64,000 bases of DNA, taken from assembly GCA_947457095.1 (NCBI GenBank), contig CANGUK010000001.1, forward strand, positions 3,064-67,063. The letters run 5' to 3'. Shown piece after piece: positions 20,629-31,320 of the stretch (position 1 is its first letter; every line of letters begins with the position of its first letter). The DNA is from Cyclobacteriaceae bacterium (lineage in GTDB: Bacteria; Bacteroidota; Bacteroidia; Cytophagales; Cyclobacteriaceae). The notes beneath the pieces were generated by a model, which was not told the origin of the DNA, ran no database searches, and saw only the letters and a program-made list of their open reading frames with translations. The position numbers and the translations under genes are program-made.

Positions 20629-20958
20629 TTAGACGACGTCCTCGCCTCGAAGTTTGATCACAGCACCTTCCAATTGATCTCCAATCCGAATTTGGCAAGC
20701 CAATCGCGAAGTAGGAAAGTACTCAGGTAGGTTTTCCAGTTGGTCTAGCTCCACATCCGTAGCATCCCCTAGCCCGTCTTGGCCTTCCAGGATTTCTACA
20801 TGGCAAGTTGCACAAAGTGCCATACCTCCACAGGTGGCAAGAATTGGGTATTCAGAAGCTTTAAGTATTTCCATCAAGCTAAGTCCCATATCTGTCGGTG
20901 CTTCTACTTCTTGGCGTGCACCTTGCTGGTCTTCTACGGTAAATTTGATTAGTTCCAT
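20629..20958 (-). CDS. 2Fe-2S ferredoxin (adrenodoxin type)
   Basis: CGGMALCATC ... SRLACQ. Confidence 0.95.
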   Translation of the reverse strand: MELIKFTVEDQQGARQEVEAPTDMGLSLMEILKASEYPILATCGGMALCATCHVEILEGQDGLGDATDVELDQLENLPEYFPTSRLACQIRIGDQLEGAVIKLRGEDVV

Positions 20959-20963
20959 ACGAT

Positions 20964-21980
20964 TTAGAAGGCATTTACCCCGTTGACGGTGGTGTATTTG
21001 AAACTTAGTTTTTGGTCTGGATAGACATACTTAAAGGCAGAGTGCATCATGATGGCTGCCTCGTGAAATCCACAGAGGATGAGTTTAAGTTTGCCCGGAT
21101 AGGTATTGATATCCCCGATGGCATAGATGCGTTCTACTCCGGTGGAGTAATCACGCGTATCTACCTCAATTGCATTTTTATCAATGCTCAAACCCCAATC
21201 TGCGATTGGACCAAGCTTTGGCGATAGACCAAACAAAGGAATTAAGTAGTCGGCATCGAGGGTAATTTCTTGATTGTCTTTGTCTTCTAGAATTACTTTT
21301 TCTAGGCGGCCGTTTCCACTCGCTTCCTTCAGATTGGCTGAAAGGATCAAGTCGATTTTCCCTTCCTGGGCTAGATCAAATACTTTCGATGCAGAATCGG
21401 GTGCGCCACGGAAGGTTTCGTTTCGGTGAACTAAGGTCACGCGCTCAGCGACATTGGCTAAGAAAATGGTCCAATCGAGTGCTGAATCTCCACCACCTGC
21501 AATTACTACTTTTTTGTCACGGAAGGTTTCCGGATTTTTCACCATGTAGTGGATACCCTTTCCTTCGAATGTCTCCAAGTTGGTCAAAACTGGTTTTCTA
21601 GGTTCGAAGCAACCCAATCCTCCAGCGATGATGATGACTTTGGCATGAACAGTCGTCTTGTCGCTGGTAGTTACAAAAAAACTCCCATCCTCCTGACGGT
21701 CAAGTAGGTCCACTCGCTCACCCAAGGTGAAGGTGGGATTGAAAGGTTTGGCCTGCTCCATTAGGTTGTCAACCAAATCCTGTGCTTTGATTTCAGGGTA
21801 TCCAGGGATGTCGTAAATCGGCTTCTGAGGATAGATTTCTGAAAGTTGGCCTCCAATCTGCGGCAATGCATCAATTAAGTGGCATCTCATTTTGAGTAAT
21901 CCTGCCTCAAAAACTGCAAAAAGTCCTACCGGGCCTGCGCCGATGATGCAAAGATCTGTGTGGATGGTGGGGGTGTTCAT
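20964..21980 (-). CDS. TrxR-like ferredoxin-NADP+ reductase
   Basis: IIGAGPVG, GGQLSEIYPQKPIYDIPG, GGGDSALDW; no CxxC. Confidence 0.92.
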   Translation of the reverse strand: MNTPTIHTDLCIIGAGPVGLFAVFEAGLLKMRCHLIDALPQIGGQLSEIYPQKPIYDIPGYPEIKAQDLVDNLMEQAKPFNPTFTLGERVDLLDRQEDGSFFVTTSDKTTVHAKVIIIAGGLGCFEPRKPVLTNLETFEGKGIHYMVKNPETFRDKKVVIAGGGDSALDWTIFLANVAERVTLVHRNETFRGAPDSASKVFDLAQEGKIDLILSANLKEASGNGRLEKVILEDKDNQEITLDADYLIPLFGLSPKLGPIADWGLSIDKNAIEVDTRDYSTGVERIYAIGDINTYPGKLKLILCGFHEAAIMMHSAFKYVYPDQKLSFKYTTVNGVNAF

Positions 21981-22033
21981 GGAGTAGTTAAATGCGTTTG
22001 GTTAGGGCCTGAAATTCATCACTGAATTCCAAA

Positions 22034-22489
22034 CTAGCTGTTGGTATCTTTGTTTGACTCGTCCAAATTTTGGTAGATGGTATTCAAGATGCGCTTGAAT
22101 TCCAAGAAGTCCTGCTCAGTCAGATTCTCCCAAGCCTTCTCTCGAAATTGAAGCACTTTCGGTCTCAATTCAGCCACTTTGGCTACGCCTGCTTCGGTCA
22201 AGTGCAATTGAAAACTTCTGCGATCCTGTGGGTGCTGTACGCGAATGATGTACCCTTTTTTATGTAGTAAATCCAAAATTCGGGTAAGTGTTGGATGATC
22301 CTTGAATACTAAATTTGCCAATTCGGTTTGGCTGAGTTCAGGATTTTCCGCCAGGTTTTTCAAGACTAGCCATTGATCTACGGTTAGGTCAAAACCCCCT
22401 TGCTTAAATTGCTGTTGCGCATATTGCTTCACCTTTCGGGCCGTGCGGTCCAGTAGAAAAGAATAGCTAGCAAAGAGTTCTTGTGTCAT
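22034..22489 (-). CDS. MarR-family regulator
   Basis: LTVDQWLVL, TLTRILD, DRRS wing motif. Confidence 0.93.
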   Translation of the reverse strand: MTQELFASYSFLLDRTARKVKQYAQQQFKQGGFDLTVDQWLVLKNLAENPELSQTELANLVFKDHPTLTRILDLLHKKGYIIRVQHPQDRRSFQLHLTEAGVAKVAELRPKVLQFREKAWENLTEQDFLEFKRILNTIYQNLDESNKDTNS

Positions 22490-22494
22490 AGCAA

Positions 22495-22514
22495 TTGTTA
22501 GTGTGACAAATATA
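22495..22514 (-). promoter_or_regulatory. -7 promoter element with overlapping candidate MarR operator
   Basis: TATATTTG at 22514-22507; imperfect IR TTGTTA-GTG-TGACAA at 22495-22509. Confidence 0.55.
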
Positions 22515-22704
22515 TGTATAAGTTTTTTAATTATTTAATTCTTGGGCATCCAGAATTTTTAAACGGACCTTCTACACATCCTATTTTTTTCTTGGCCTGC
22601 GCTCTCGTATTTTTGAAAAGATCGACTCAGTGTAGGATTCAGGATTTTTTACCTTGCCGCTACTGATTCTGCTCCAAGCGTAATCCAATTCTAATTCTTT
22701 AGCC

Positions 22705-24435
22705 ATGCGTTTTTTTCTTACCCTCAGTCTTATTTTACTCGCCTTTGGTGTTCGGGCGCAGCAGCAGACCTACTGCAATCCCATCAACCTGGACTATGGC
22801 TACACGCCCATCCCAAATTTCTCGGAATGGGGACGGCATCGGGCCACCGCAGATCCTGTAGTGGTCAACTATCAGGGTTCCTACATCCTTTTTTCCACCA
22901 ACCAGTGGGGGTATTGGACCAGTGACAACATGCTGAACTGGGAGTTTCATTCCAGACGATTTCTTCAGCCTTGGAACAAAGTCTACGATGAATTGTGTGC
23001 TCCAGCAGTGGGCATCGTCGGGGATACCGTACTCGTGATGGGCTCTACTTATGAGAAAGACTTCACCATCTGGATGAGCACCAATCCCAAGGCCAATGAA
23101 TGGAAACCACTCGTAGAAAAATTTGAAATTGGGGGCTGGGATCCCGACTTCTTTACCGATGACGATGGCCGACTCTACATGTACAATGGCAGCTCTAATC
23201 GCTATCCGCTTTATGGAGTCGAGTTGAACCGAAAGACCATGGCACCTATCGGAACGCGAAAGGAGATGTACCTCCTAGAACCGGACAAATACGGCTGGCA
23301 GCGATTTGGGGAGCACATGGACAATACCTTCTTGGACCCCTTCATGGAGGGCGCTCATGTCACCAAACACAACGGAAAATACTACCTCCAATACGGGGCA
23401 CCTGGCACGGAATTCTCTGGCTATGCAGACGGGGTAATTGTAGGGCCAACACCTTTGGGACCATTTACTCCACAGTCTGATCCCTTGAGCATCAAACTTG
23501 GAGGCTTTGCCCGAGGAGCAGGACATGGCAGTACTTTCCAGGATAACCAAGGCAAGTACTGGCACATCAGCACAATCATGATTTCGGTCAAAAATACCTT
23601 CGAGCGGCGCTTAGGCATCTGGCCTGCTGGCTTCGATAAAGACGATGTCATGTGGTCTAGTACCGCCTTTGGAGACTATCCACACTACCTACCCAATACC
23701 GAAAAGGCTGGGAAATTTACAGGATGGATGCTGCTCAACTACGACAAACCCATGCAGGTGTCTTCCACCTTGGGGGGATTTTCGGCCAACAAGGCCAATG
23801 ACGAAGACCTGAAAACCTACTGGAGCGCCAGCTCAGGCGAAAAGGGGGAATGGATCCAAACCGACCTAGGACAGTTGAGCACGGTACATGCCGTGCAGAT
23901 CAACTATGCCGATCAAGATGTGGATACCGACCGACTGGGTAAGCGCACGGACCAATACCACCAGTACCTGCTTTACCATTCGCTAGACGGGAAAAAGTGG
24001 GAGATCTTGGTGGACAAAAGCAAAAACACCACCGACATACCACACGAGTATGTGGAATTGAAGCAGCCAGTAAAAACCCGATTCCTCAAGCTAGTCAACG
24101 TGTGGATGCCTACCGGCAAATTTGCGCTCTCCGGATTCCGAGTATTTGGGAACGGGGGAGGTACAGTACCCAATAAGGTGTCTCAATTTATGGTCTTCCG
24201 TACGGAAAAGGACAAGCGCAGTGCCTTTATCAAATGGTCGCCTTCTTCTGATGCCTACGCCTACAACCTGTACTATGGTACTGCTCCTGACAAGCTATAC
24301 ACTTCCATCATGATATTGGGCAACAACGAATACTGGCTCAAGACCTTGGATCGCACCAAGCCCTACTACTTCACCATCGAAGCAATCAACGAAAATGGAG
24401 TAAGTACTTGGTATCCCATTCAAAAGGTGGAGTAG
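22705..24435 (+). CDS. Secreted GH43 glycoside hydrolase with F5/8-type C (CBM32-like) and FN3 domains
   Basis: Signal peptide; ADP, WDPDFFTDDDGRLY, EGA, GHGS; WIQTDLG discoidin motif; YYFTIEAIN. Confidence 0.88.
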   Translation: MRFFLTLSLILLAFGVRAQQQTYCNPINLDYGYTPIPNFSEWGRHRATADPVVVNYQGSYILFSTNQWGYWTSDNMLNWEFHSRRFLQPWNKVYDELCAPAVGIVGDTVLVMGSTYEKDFTIWMSTNPKANEWKPLVEKFEIGGWDPDFFTDDDGRLYMYNGSSNRYPLYGVELNRKTMAPIGTRKEMYLLEPDKYGWQRFGEHMDNTFLDPFMEGAHVTKHNGKYYLQYGAPGTEFSGYADGVIVGPTPLGPFTPQSDPLSIKLGGFARGAGHGSTFQDNQGKYWHISTIMISVKNTFERRLGIWPAGFDKDDVMWSSTAFGDYPHYLPNTEKAGKFTGWMLLNYDKPMQVSSTLGGFSANKANDEDLKTYWSASSGEKGEWIQTDLGQLSTVHAVQINYADQDVDTDRLGKRTDQYHQYLLYHSLDGKKWEILVDKSKNTTDIPHEYVELKQPVKTRFLKLVNVWMPTGKFALSGFRVFGNGGGTVPNKVSQFMVFRTEKDKRSAFIKWSPSSDAYAYNLYYGTAPDKLYTSIMILGNNEYWLKTLDRTKPYYFTIEAINENGVSTWYPIQKVE

Positions 24436-24452
24436 AAAACTAGGCTATTTGC

Positions 24453-27400
24453 CTAGTTTTTCTCCATAGGATGCATTTTCAACAATTCTTGAGGGCTCCA
24501 AAATCCTTTCTTGTCCTTGACCTCTTCCCTAACTTTCTTGACTTGAGCAGCAGAGATCGGAGAAGCTTTGTTGCCAAAGGAATTGCGGACGTAGGTAAGT
24601 ACCGCAGCGACCTCTGTGTCATCAAGCATGCCTTCGTGCGGCGTCATCGGAACCTGTCCCGAATAACTTCTTCCAGCTACTTCCATCGGGCCCATCAAAC
24701 CCTTCAACACCAATTTGATGAGTCGATCGGGGCTGCCGGTGACCCATGGGGTACCGCGTAGTGGAGGGAATTCAGAGGCAGTTAAGCCGCCTCCATCAGG
24801 TTGGTGGCAGGTACTACACAATCCTTCACGAGCATAGATTTCCTTTCCGAGCACAAAGAGTTCTCGATCCGAACCAGTCAGGGAGGACTTGACATCTTCC
24901 TCCTTCTTTTGGGCTACAGAAAGCCCATTGAGGTGGGCAATGGCAGTTTCTAAGGTGCCAGGAATCCAAATTGCATCCTTGGCTTGTTTTTCAGCTTGTG
25001 CTAGAATTGGAATTCCTTGTGCCGCTGGCAGCCAAGAGGCCGCAGCTATTCCTTCCATCCGTACGCGTCCATGGGAGTCTTGTACGGAGGCTGTTAGTAG
25101 TTTGGCTTGGTCTGGCACCTGGTGTCCGGAATAGCGAAGCACTCGGGTGGCAGCAGCACGCACTTTATAATCTTTGGAGGCAAGTAGCTCCTTGAGAAGC
25201 GACGTATTTACCTTATTGGCACCCCAAGTGACCCAAAGCGCTTCGAGTCGGTGATGTTCGTAGTTTGGATCCTTTTTATCTAATCCTTTGACCCATTTTT
25301 CGAGGGCAGTCGTGACAGCAGTGGCATCTCTTCCTCTCAGTTCACGACGGGTACGGTACCGGCTTCGGTATTCTGGAAGTTTCAAATTCTCCAATAGTGC
25401 AGGTATGGATTCTCCATCGATTTTAGCAGGAGTGACTAATGGTCGGGAAGGGTAGGTCACCCGGTAAATGCGTCCATGTACATGGTCTCTCAAGGGATCT
25501 CTCGCGTTGTGCTGCATGTGGCCGATGAGGATATTGTGCCAATCCACAATGTATAGGGATCCATCAGGGGCAATTTCCATGTCTACAGGCCGGTAGTTAC
25601 GGTCTGAGGAAACCACTAAATCTTTCCGCCATTTGGTGGTAAATCCAACGGTGTCTTCCAGCATTTGGTGTTGCTTGGTACCCAAAAATCCAATGGTATT
25701 GTTGATGATCAAATCACCCTGAACATCATCTGGAAAATGTCGACTGGAGATAAATTCTAGTCCTGAGGTAGGGCGAACCATGTGGTCTTTTTCAATGAGG
25801 TTGGGACCCTTGAAGTTTCCATTTCCATAGCGTGGCAGGGTTGATCCAGGTAGCATCCAGTTTACATTGGGACCGGAGGTTTCTGCGTAGAAGTTCTGTC
25901 CCCAGCGGTCAAAGGCAATGCCCCAAGGGTTGGGAATGCTGACCTGGTTTACTCGCTCCAACTTGTGCCGTTTGGGTTCGTAGCGGTAAAAACCTCCATT
26001 CGTCCCTCTCACAGGACCATAGGAGGTTTCTACATTGGTATGCAAAAATACCCCCTCAGCCATGTAGATCGCACCACTTTCGTCCGCAGCAAAGGCCGAG
26101 ATGGCGTGGTGGGTATCGTGGTCATCAAATCCGGAAAGTAGAATAGTTTTCTTGTCTGCTTTATCGTCTCCATTGGTGTCTTCTAGCAAAATCAAATTTG
26201 GACCTTGGGACACATAGACTCCTTCTGCGGCAAGTTCAAATCCTACTGGAATGTGGAGGTTGTCGGCATAGACCGATTGCTTATCAGCCTTTCCATCGCC
26301 ATTGGTATCTTCCAAGATGAGCAATTTATCTGAAGGGCGAGGATCACCCGGCTTGTAGTGCGGATAGCTCGGCATGGTCGCCACCCAGAGTCTACCCTTG
26401 TTGTCAAAGGAAAGTTGTACGGGATTTGCGAGGTCTGGAAACTCTTTTTCGGATGCAAAAAGCTCAATTTTGTATCCCTCAGGAACCTTCATCGTTTTCA
26501 GGGCATCTTCACCGTACAAATAGGTAAGGCTGCCATTGGCTTCTGGGTTGTAGTTGGTGGTCACATCTGGCAGGGACTTGGTTTTTGCATCCGCAGCCTG
26601 GAGATCTTTGATTTTTCCCTGACCTGCTTCCCAGATTGCCGTGTCTCGAATGGCAGTCATTTGGCGAATTTTCTCCAATTCAAAAGGATAGTTGTCCGGT
26701 CCAAAAGGGTCGTATCTTCTACCGAAGACATGGACTCCGTTGGGGATTTTGTAGTCATTGTGCCAAAACCAGTTTTTCTCCATTACCGCCTCTTGGATCA
26801 AGTCACGGTGAGTGATTGCTTTTTGCTCCGCCTTGCCGAATACCTTATCTGCAAGGAGCACGGCTAATTTTTCATAGCCCGCTTCATTGAGTTGGCTTCC
26901 ATCAAGGGTAAGGGGTTCGGCACTGGCTGCATACCAACTTTTACTCGGAGAAAAAGCGTCTACAAAGACTATTTGATGCTTTTTGGCTACTTCCTCCATG
27001 GCATCGGTGTAGCGCTGCAAGTTTTCATTTTCAAGTTTCCCATTGGGGACATCCTTGATTTCGGATAGGTCTTCAAATGCAATGGGAGATACTAAGGCAA
27101 GTTGTGGTGCCGCCTTTCCATTGTAGCGCTGGGCTTTGGAATGAAGGATCCAGGCTTCCAGTTCATTCTTGAAATTTTGAAGTTTGGCTTCCCCTTGGAA
27201 GGATTCATTGAATCCAAAAAAACCGATGACCACATCTGCCTTCAATCGGGTCAACCATTGATCGGGTTTTTCAAAAAAACCTTCCGACCCAGAATTGGTG
27301 GCATACTCATCCTGAAATTGTTCGGCTCCCGGAAAAGCCCAAGGATCGTTGGTACCTGACCGAGGTCGAAATCCAGGAGTGTCTCCAGGATCACAAAGGT

Positions 27401-27611
27401 TGCGAATTAGGAGGGTGCTATCGGGGTAGCGTAGGTGTAGTTCTGTTTCCAAACCACCAAAATCCATCATCCGAGATCCTAAATTATTTCCCACAAGAGC
27501 AATACTAGTTCCCTTGGCAAGTTGCAAGGTAGGCTCAGGGCGACAGCCAAGGAGTAAGATCCCGGCTAGGACGAAAAAGAAATTCCAGTGAAGGCAGGTG
27601 GATTTTTTCAT
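24453..27611 (-). CDS. Lipoprotein: SGNH-like domain + PVC-type dehydrogenase beta-propeller + HEAT repeats + cytochrome c
   Basis: Lipobox LLGC; VGNNL/FFGFNES; ELFASE, EDTNGDGKAD, RPVD..APDGSLYIVDW, GRIYRV; CSTCH. Confidence 0.82.
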   Translation of the reverse strand: MKKSTCLHWNFFFVLAGILLLGCRPEPTLQLAKGTSIALVGNNLGSRMMDFGGLETELHLRYPDSTLLIRNLCDPGDTPGFRPRSGTNDPWAFPGAEQFQDEYATNSGSEGFFEKPDQWLTRLKADVVIGFFGFNESFQGEAKLQNFKNELEAWILHSKAQRYNGKAAPQLALVSPIAFEDLSEIKDVPNGKLENENLQRYTDAMEEVAKKHQIVFVDAFSPSKSWYAASAEPLTLDGSQLNEAGYEKLAVLLADKVFGKAEQKAITHRDLIQEAVMEKNWFWHNDYKIPNGVHVFGRRYDPFGPDNYPFELEKIRQMTAIRDTAIWEAGQGKIKDLQAADAKTKSLPDVTTNYNPEANGSLTYLYGEDALKTMKVPEGYKIELFASEKEFPDLANPVQLSFDNKGRLWVATMPSYPHYKPGDPRPSDKLLILEDTNGDGKADKQSVYADNLHIPVGFELAAEGVYVSQGPNLILLEDTNGDDKADKKTILLSGFDDHDTHHAISAFAADESGAIYMAEGVFLHTNVETSYGPVRGTNGGFYRYEPKRHKLERVNQVSIPNPWGIAFDRWGQNFYAETSGPNVNWMLPGSTLPRYGNGNFKGPNLIEKDHMVRPTSGLEFISSRHFPDDVQGDLIINNTIGFLGTKQHQMLEDTVGFTTKWRKDLVVSSDRNYRPVDMEIAPDGSLYIVDWHNILIGHMQHNARDPLRDHVHGRIYRVTYPSRPLVTPAKIDGESIPALLENLKLPEYRSRYRTRRELRGRDATAVTTALEKWVKGLDKKDPNYEHHRLEALWVTWGANKVNTSLLKELLASKDYKVRAAATRVLRYSGHQVPDQAKLLTASVQDSHGRVRMEGIAAASWLPAAQGIPILAQAEKQAKDAIWIPGTLETAIAHLNGLSVAQKKEEDVKSSLTGSDRELFVLGKEIYAREGLCSTCHQPDGGGLTASEFPPLRGTPWVTGSPDRLIKLVLKGLMGPMEVAGRSYSGQVPMTPHEGMLDDTEVAAVLTYVRNSFGNKASPISAAQVKKVREEVKDKKGFWSPQELLKMHPMEKN

Positions 27612-27812
27612 GGGAGGATAGGAAAGTTTTGCTAATACTAAGCAGAAAGCAGAGCATTGTCAATGCCTTTTTGATATACCTGTTTGCTTGCTTATGGGAT
27701 TAGGTTTCCGTTTGTAAAAAAACTTATCCAAACTTGCTTTTATCGACTTAAATTTTTTCCCATCTTGAATTGGAAAAATAGTATTTTTCAAAAAGCAATA
27801 CACCCAGCCTAT

Positions 27813-30494
27813 ATGTTTCGTAGATCTCACCTCCAGCCGATTTTATTTCTTGGTCTGTTTTTAACCCTTGCCTTTGGCTGTGCCAAAAAAGAGGAAGTTC
27901 GGCAGCTCACAGGCAATCCCAAACTCGATAAACTCAAGCTACCTGATGGCTTTGTGGCCGAATTGCTTTACAGCCCGGGGGAAAATGAGCAGGGATCCTG
28001 GGTAGCCATGACCTTTGATGACAAAGGACGCATGATTACTTCGGATCAATATGGCTTTCTCTATCGTCTGGAATTGCCTCCAATTGGTTCGGACTCCAGC
28101 CAAAAAGCCAAGGTTGAAAAGTTGGTAGTTGGAAATGTGGCCGACTCTCTAGTGGGCATGGGCTATGCGCAAGGATTGCTCTATGCCTTCAATTCACTTT
28201 ACGTGATGGTCAATCACAACCCCAACGAACGCTTCTCGCAGCCTACCGGTCTCTACCGAATTCAGGACTTAGATGGGGATGATCAATTTGAATCCATAAC
28301 TCAGATTCGAGAGCTCAAGGGAGAGCAGGGCGAACATGGTCCCCATTCGATGAAAGTTAGCCCCGATGGAAAAGGAATTTATCTCATTGCTGGTAACCAT
28401 GTGGATGTACCAGAGATGAATGCCTACCGACTGCCAGCTGTTTGGCAGGAGGACAACTTATTTCCGCTAATTAAAGATCCCAGAGGACACGCCAATGATC
28501 GAAAAGCCCCTGGGGGCTGGATTGCAAAAATTAATCCCGATGGAACCGAATGGGAATTGCTTAGTGCAGGGTACCGAAATGCTTTTGATTTTGACTTCAA
28601 CGAGGTAGGGGACATTTTTGCCTACGATGCGGATATGGAATGGGATTTTGGCATGCCTTGGTATCGACCAACTCGAATCACTCATGCTACGAGTGGCTCG
28701 GAGTTTGGCTGGAGAACAGGAAATTCCAAGTGGTCACCAGCTTATCCTGACAATCTTCCTGCCCTGTTAAACATTGGTCAAGGTTCACCTACCAATGCCA
28801 TGTTTGGATTTAAAGCGAATTTTCCAAGCAAATACAAAAAAGCCTTGTATGCATTTGACTGGAGCTTTGGAATCATTTATGCCATCCACCTTACTCCTAA
28901 GGGGGCAAGCTACGAAGCTACTGCTGAAGAGTTTATCTCAGGATCTCCCCTTCCATTAACGGACGGCATTATTGGTCCAGATGGTGCATTTTATTTTGCT
29001 ACTGGAGGAAGAAGGTTGGAATCAGACCTGTATCGGGTGACCTATAAAGGTGAACTGGATACCTATCTACCTTTGACAGAAGCAGACCTTCCTCAGGAGG
29101 CCAAGGTTCGTAGAGAATTGGAGCGCTACCATTTTGCCGGAGCTCCTGCCGAAGGATTAGACAAGGCATGGTCCCAATTGGCACATGTGGATCGTCATGT
29201 TCAATATGCGGCGCGACTGGCTCTTGAACATCAGCCTGTAGCTACTTGGAAAAGCAAGGCCTTGGCAGAGCCAAATGCCACCAAAAAAATCCAGGCACTT
29301 CTTGCCCTTGGGCGTCATGGTTCTAGCAAGGATGCATCCGCAATGATCAGCAGCTTGATGCAGGTGGATTACAAAGCGCTATCTCCAAAGGATAAACAGG
29401 ATCTTCTCCGCACACTTGAGGTGATTTTAGCACGTCATGGCTCAGATGCTGAAGCTGTAAAGCCTCAACTGATTTCCTATTTGGATCCGCATTATCCGTC
29501 AAATGACAACCTGCTAGATAGGTCACTCGCTATCCTTCTGGTTCATCTGGATGCCCCTAACGCAGTTGGAAAAACCCTTGCCTTGTTGAAAAATGCAAAG
29601 GACGATCCTACCTACCAAAAGACCTTTACAGCATCTTCTGATTTGATTTTCCGAAACCCACAATATGGCTTGGATATCGCCAACATGCTGGCCAACGTTC
29701 CCCCTGCGCAAGCTACCTTCTATGCTACTGTTTTGGGTGGTGCGGATAAAGGCTGGACTGCTGCCCAGCGAGCCGAGTATTTTGGTTGGATCAAGAATGC
29801 CCTGACCGCCTACAAAGGAGGTAGAAGTTATGTGGGATTCCTTGATCGTACTCGAAAAATGGCCTTGGCTTCTGTGGATAAGGCTGATTTTGAAAAATAC
29901 GACGAGCTATCGGGGGGGAAATTACTAACGGAAAGTGGCAACGACTTGATGGACCAGTCCGTACAGCCTGAAGGTCCTGGAAGACGCTGGACGGTGGAGG
30001 AAGCCGAGCCCTTGGTAGCCAACCTGGCAGGTCGAGACTTGGTGAAAGGTAAAGCCATGTATGCCGCAAGTCTTTGCCAATCCTGCCATGCCATGCAAGG
30101 TGCTGGTGGGGCAATTGGTCCGGATTTGAGTCAGTTGGGAACACGCTTTTCTGCCAAAGACATCCTAGTGGCTACGCTAGATCCGAATGCCACCATCTCC
30201 GATCAATACCATGCTACTGTGCTTGAACTTAAGGCTGGAGGATCCTTACTTGGAAAAATTACAGACGAGGATGCGCAGAATTACTACCTCTCCCAGAACC
30301 CATTTGCTCCTTCGGATATCAAAAAGGTGCCAAAAAATACCGTTTCACTCAAGAAGAATTCAGAAATCTCCATCATGATGCCGGGTCTTGTAAACCGACT
30401 AAATGAAGAGGAATTGAAAGACCTGATAGCCTATTTGATTTCGGGAGGCAATGCGAACCATGCGGTGTACAAACAACCTCTAACACAAAAATGA
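27813..30494 (+). CDS. Lipoprotein: beta-propeller + HEAT repeats + putative heme-binding CxxCH domain
   Basis: Lipobox AFGC (start corrected to MFRRSH); GEHGPH, GYRNAFD, GPDGAFYF; CQSCH...IGPDLS, SIMMPG. Confidence 0.82.
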   Translation: MFRRSHLQPILFLGLFLTLAFGCAKKEEVRQLTGNPKLDKLKLPDGFVAELLYSPGENEQGSWVAMTFDDKGRMITSDQYGFLYRLELPPIGSDSSQKAKVEKLVVGNVADSLVGMGYAQGLLYAFNSLYVMVNHNPNERFSQPTGLYRIQDLDGDDQFESITQIRELKGEQGEHGPHSMKVSPDGKGIYLIAGNHVDVPEMNAYRLPAVWQEDNLFPLIKDPRGHANDRKAPGGWIAKINPDGTEWELLSAGYRNAFDFDFNEVGDIFAYDADMEWDFGMPWYRPTRITHATSGSEFGWRTGNSKWSPAYPDNLPALLNIGQGSPTNAMFGFKANFPSKYKKALYAFDWSFGIIYAIHLTPKGASYEATAEEFISGSPLPLTDGIIGPDGAFYFATGGRRLESDLYRVTYKGELDTYLPLTEADLPQEAKVRRELERYHFAGAPAEGLDKAWSQLAHVDRHVQYAARLALEHQPVATWKSKALAEPNATKKIQALLALGRHGSSKDASAMISSLMQVDYKALSPKDKQDLLRTLEVILARHGSDAEAVKPQLISYLDPHYPSNDNLLDRSLAILLVHLDAPNAVGKTLALLKNAKDDPTYQKTFTASSDLIFRNPQYGLDIANMLANVPPAQATFYATVLGGADKGWTAAQRAEYFGWIKNALTAYKGGRSYVGFLDRTRKMALASVDKADFEKYDELSGGKLLTESGNDLMDQSVQPEGPGRRWTVEEAEPLVANLAGRDLVKGKAMYAASLCQSCHAMQGAGGAIGPDLSQLGTRFSAKDILVATLDPNATISDQYHATVLELKAGGSLLGKITDEDAQNYYLSQNPFAPSDIKKVPKNTVSLKKNSEISIMMPGLVNRLNEEELKDLIAYLISGGNANHAVYKQPLTQK

Positions 30495-31282
30495 TTCGCT
30501 CGATGACGCTTAAAATTTGGGGGTTCCTTGGCTTGCTTATGCTCGCCTCTTGGCTATCCTGGACCTTGTCCCTAGAATCCAGCAACTCAGTACAGGCATC
30601 CGAGCAGAAAGCTGATTTTATCTCTCTTTTTGATGGGAAAAGTCTCGATGGATGGGAATTTGATCCGGTCTACTGGTCGGTAAAAGACGAGGCAATCGTG
30701 GGAGAAATTACCGCTGCAACGCTCCTTAAAAACAATACCTTCATTATCTGGAAGGGGGGAGAACTCGGAGATTTTGAGTTGAAGTTGGATTTTTGGATAT
30801 CAGAAAAAGGAAACTCAGGGGTGCAATACCGAAGCGATCGATTCACGGAGTTGCCCTATGCCCTTCGAGGCTACCAGGCAGACATCGATGGGGGCAATCT
30901 CTATACGGGCCAAAACTACGAGGAGCGAAAGCGGACCACTTTGGCTTACCGAGGTCAGAAGACCCAAATTGCTGCCGCACCAGATTCCATCACCTCGGTA
31001 GGTGACTACGTGCGCAACAATGCTTGGAAAGGGTTGGTCCTAGTGGATGAGTTGGGTGACCGCGCAGCCTTAGGAAACTTGATTAAAAAGGGGGAGTGGA
31101 ACACGATTCATATCGTAGCCAAGGGTAATCTGATGAAGCATTATGTCAACGGTACGCTGATGAGTGAGGTACTGGATACCGATGCTAAAAACAGGAAATT
31201 GAGTGGTTTATTTGGTTTTCAAGTCCATGTTGGCCCTCCCATGAAGGTGATGTTTAAGAATATCCTCTTGAAAAAAGGATAG
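30491..31282 (+). CDS. DUF1080 / 3-keto-disaccharide hydrolase family protein
   Basis: SLFDGKSLDGW, DFELKLDF, GNSGVQYR, GYQAD, GEWN, FQVH, FKNI. Confidence 0.9.
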   Translation: MIRSMTLKIWGFLGLLMLASWLSWTLSLESSNSVQASEQKADFISLFDGKSLDGWEFDPVYWSVKDEAIVGEITAATLLKNNTFIIWKGGELGDFELKLDFWISEKGNSGVQYRSDRFTELPYALRGYQADIDGGNLYTGQNYEERKRTTLAYRGQKTQIAAAPDSITSVGDYVRNNAWKGLVLVDELGDRAALGNLIKKGEWNTIHIVAKGNLMKHYVNGTLMSEVLDTDAKNRKLSGLFGFQVHVGPPMKVMFKNILLKKG

Positions 31283-31320
31283 GAAAGACTAGCCCAATCA
31301 AAGGTTTTAGAGTAAATAAA

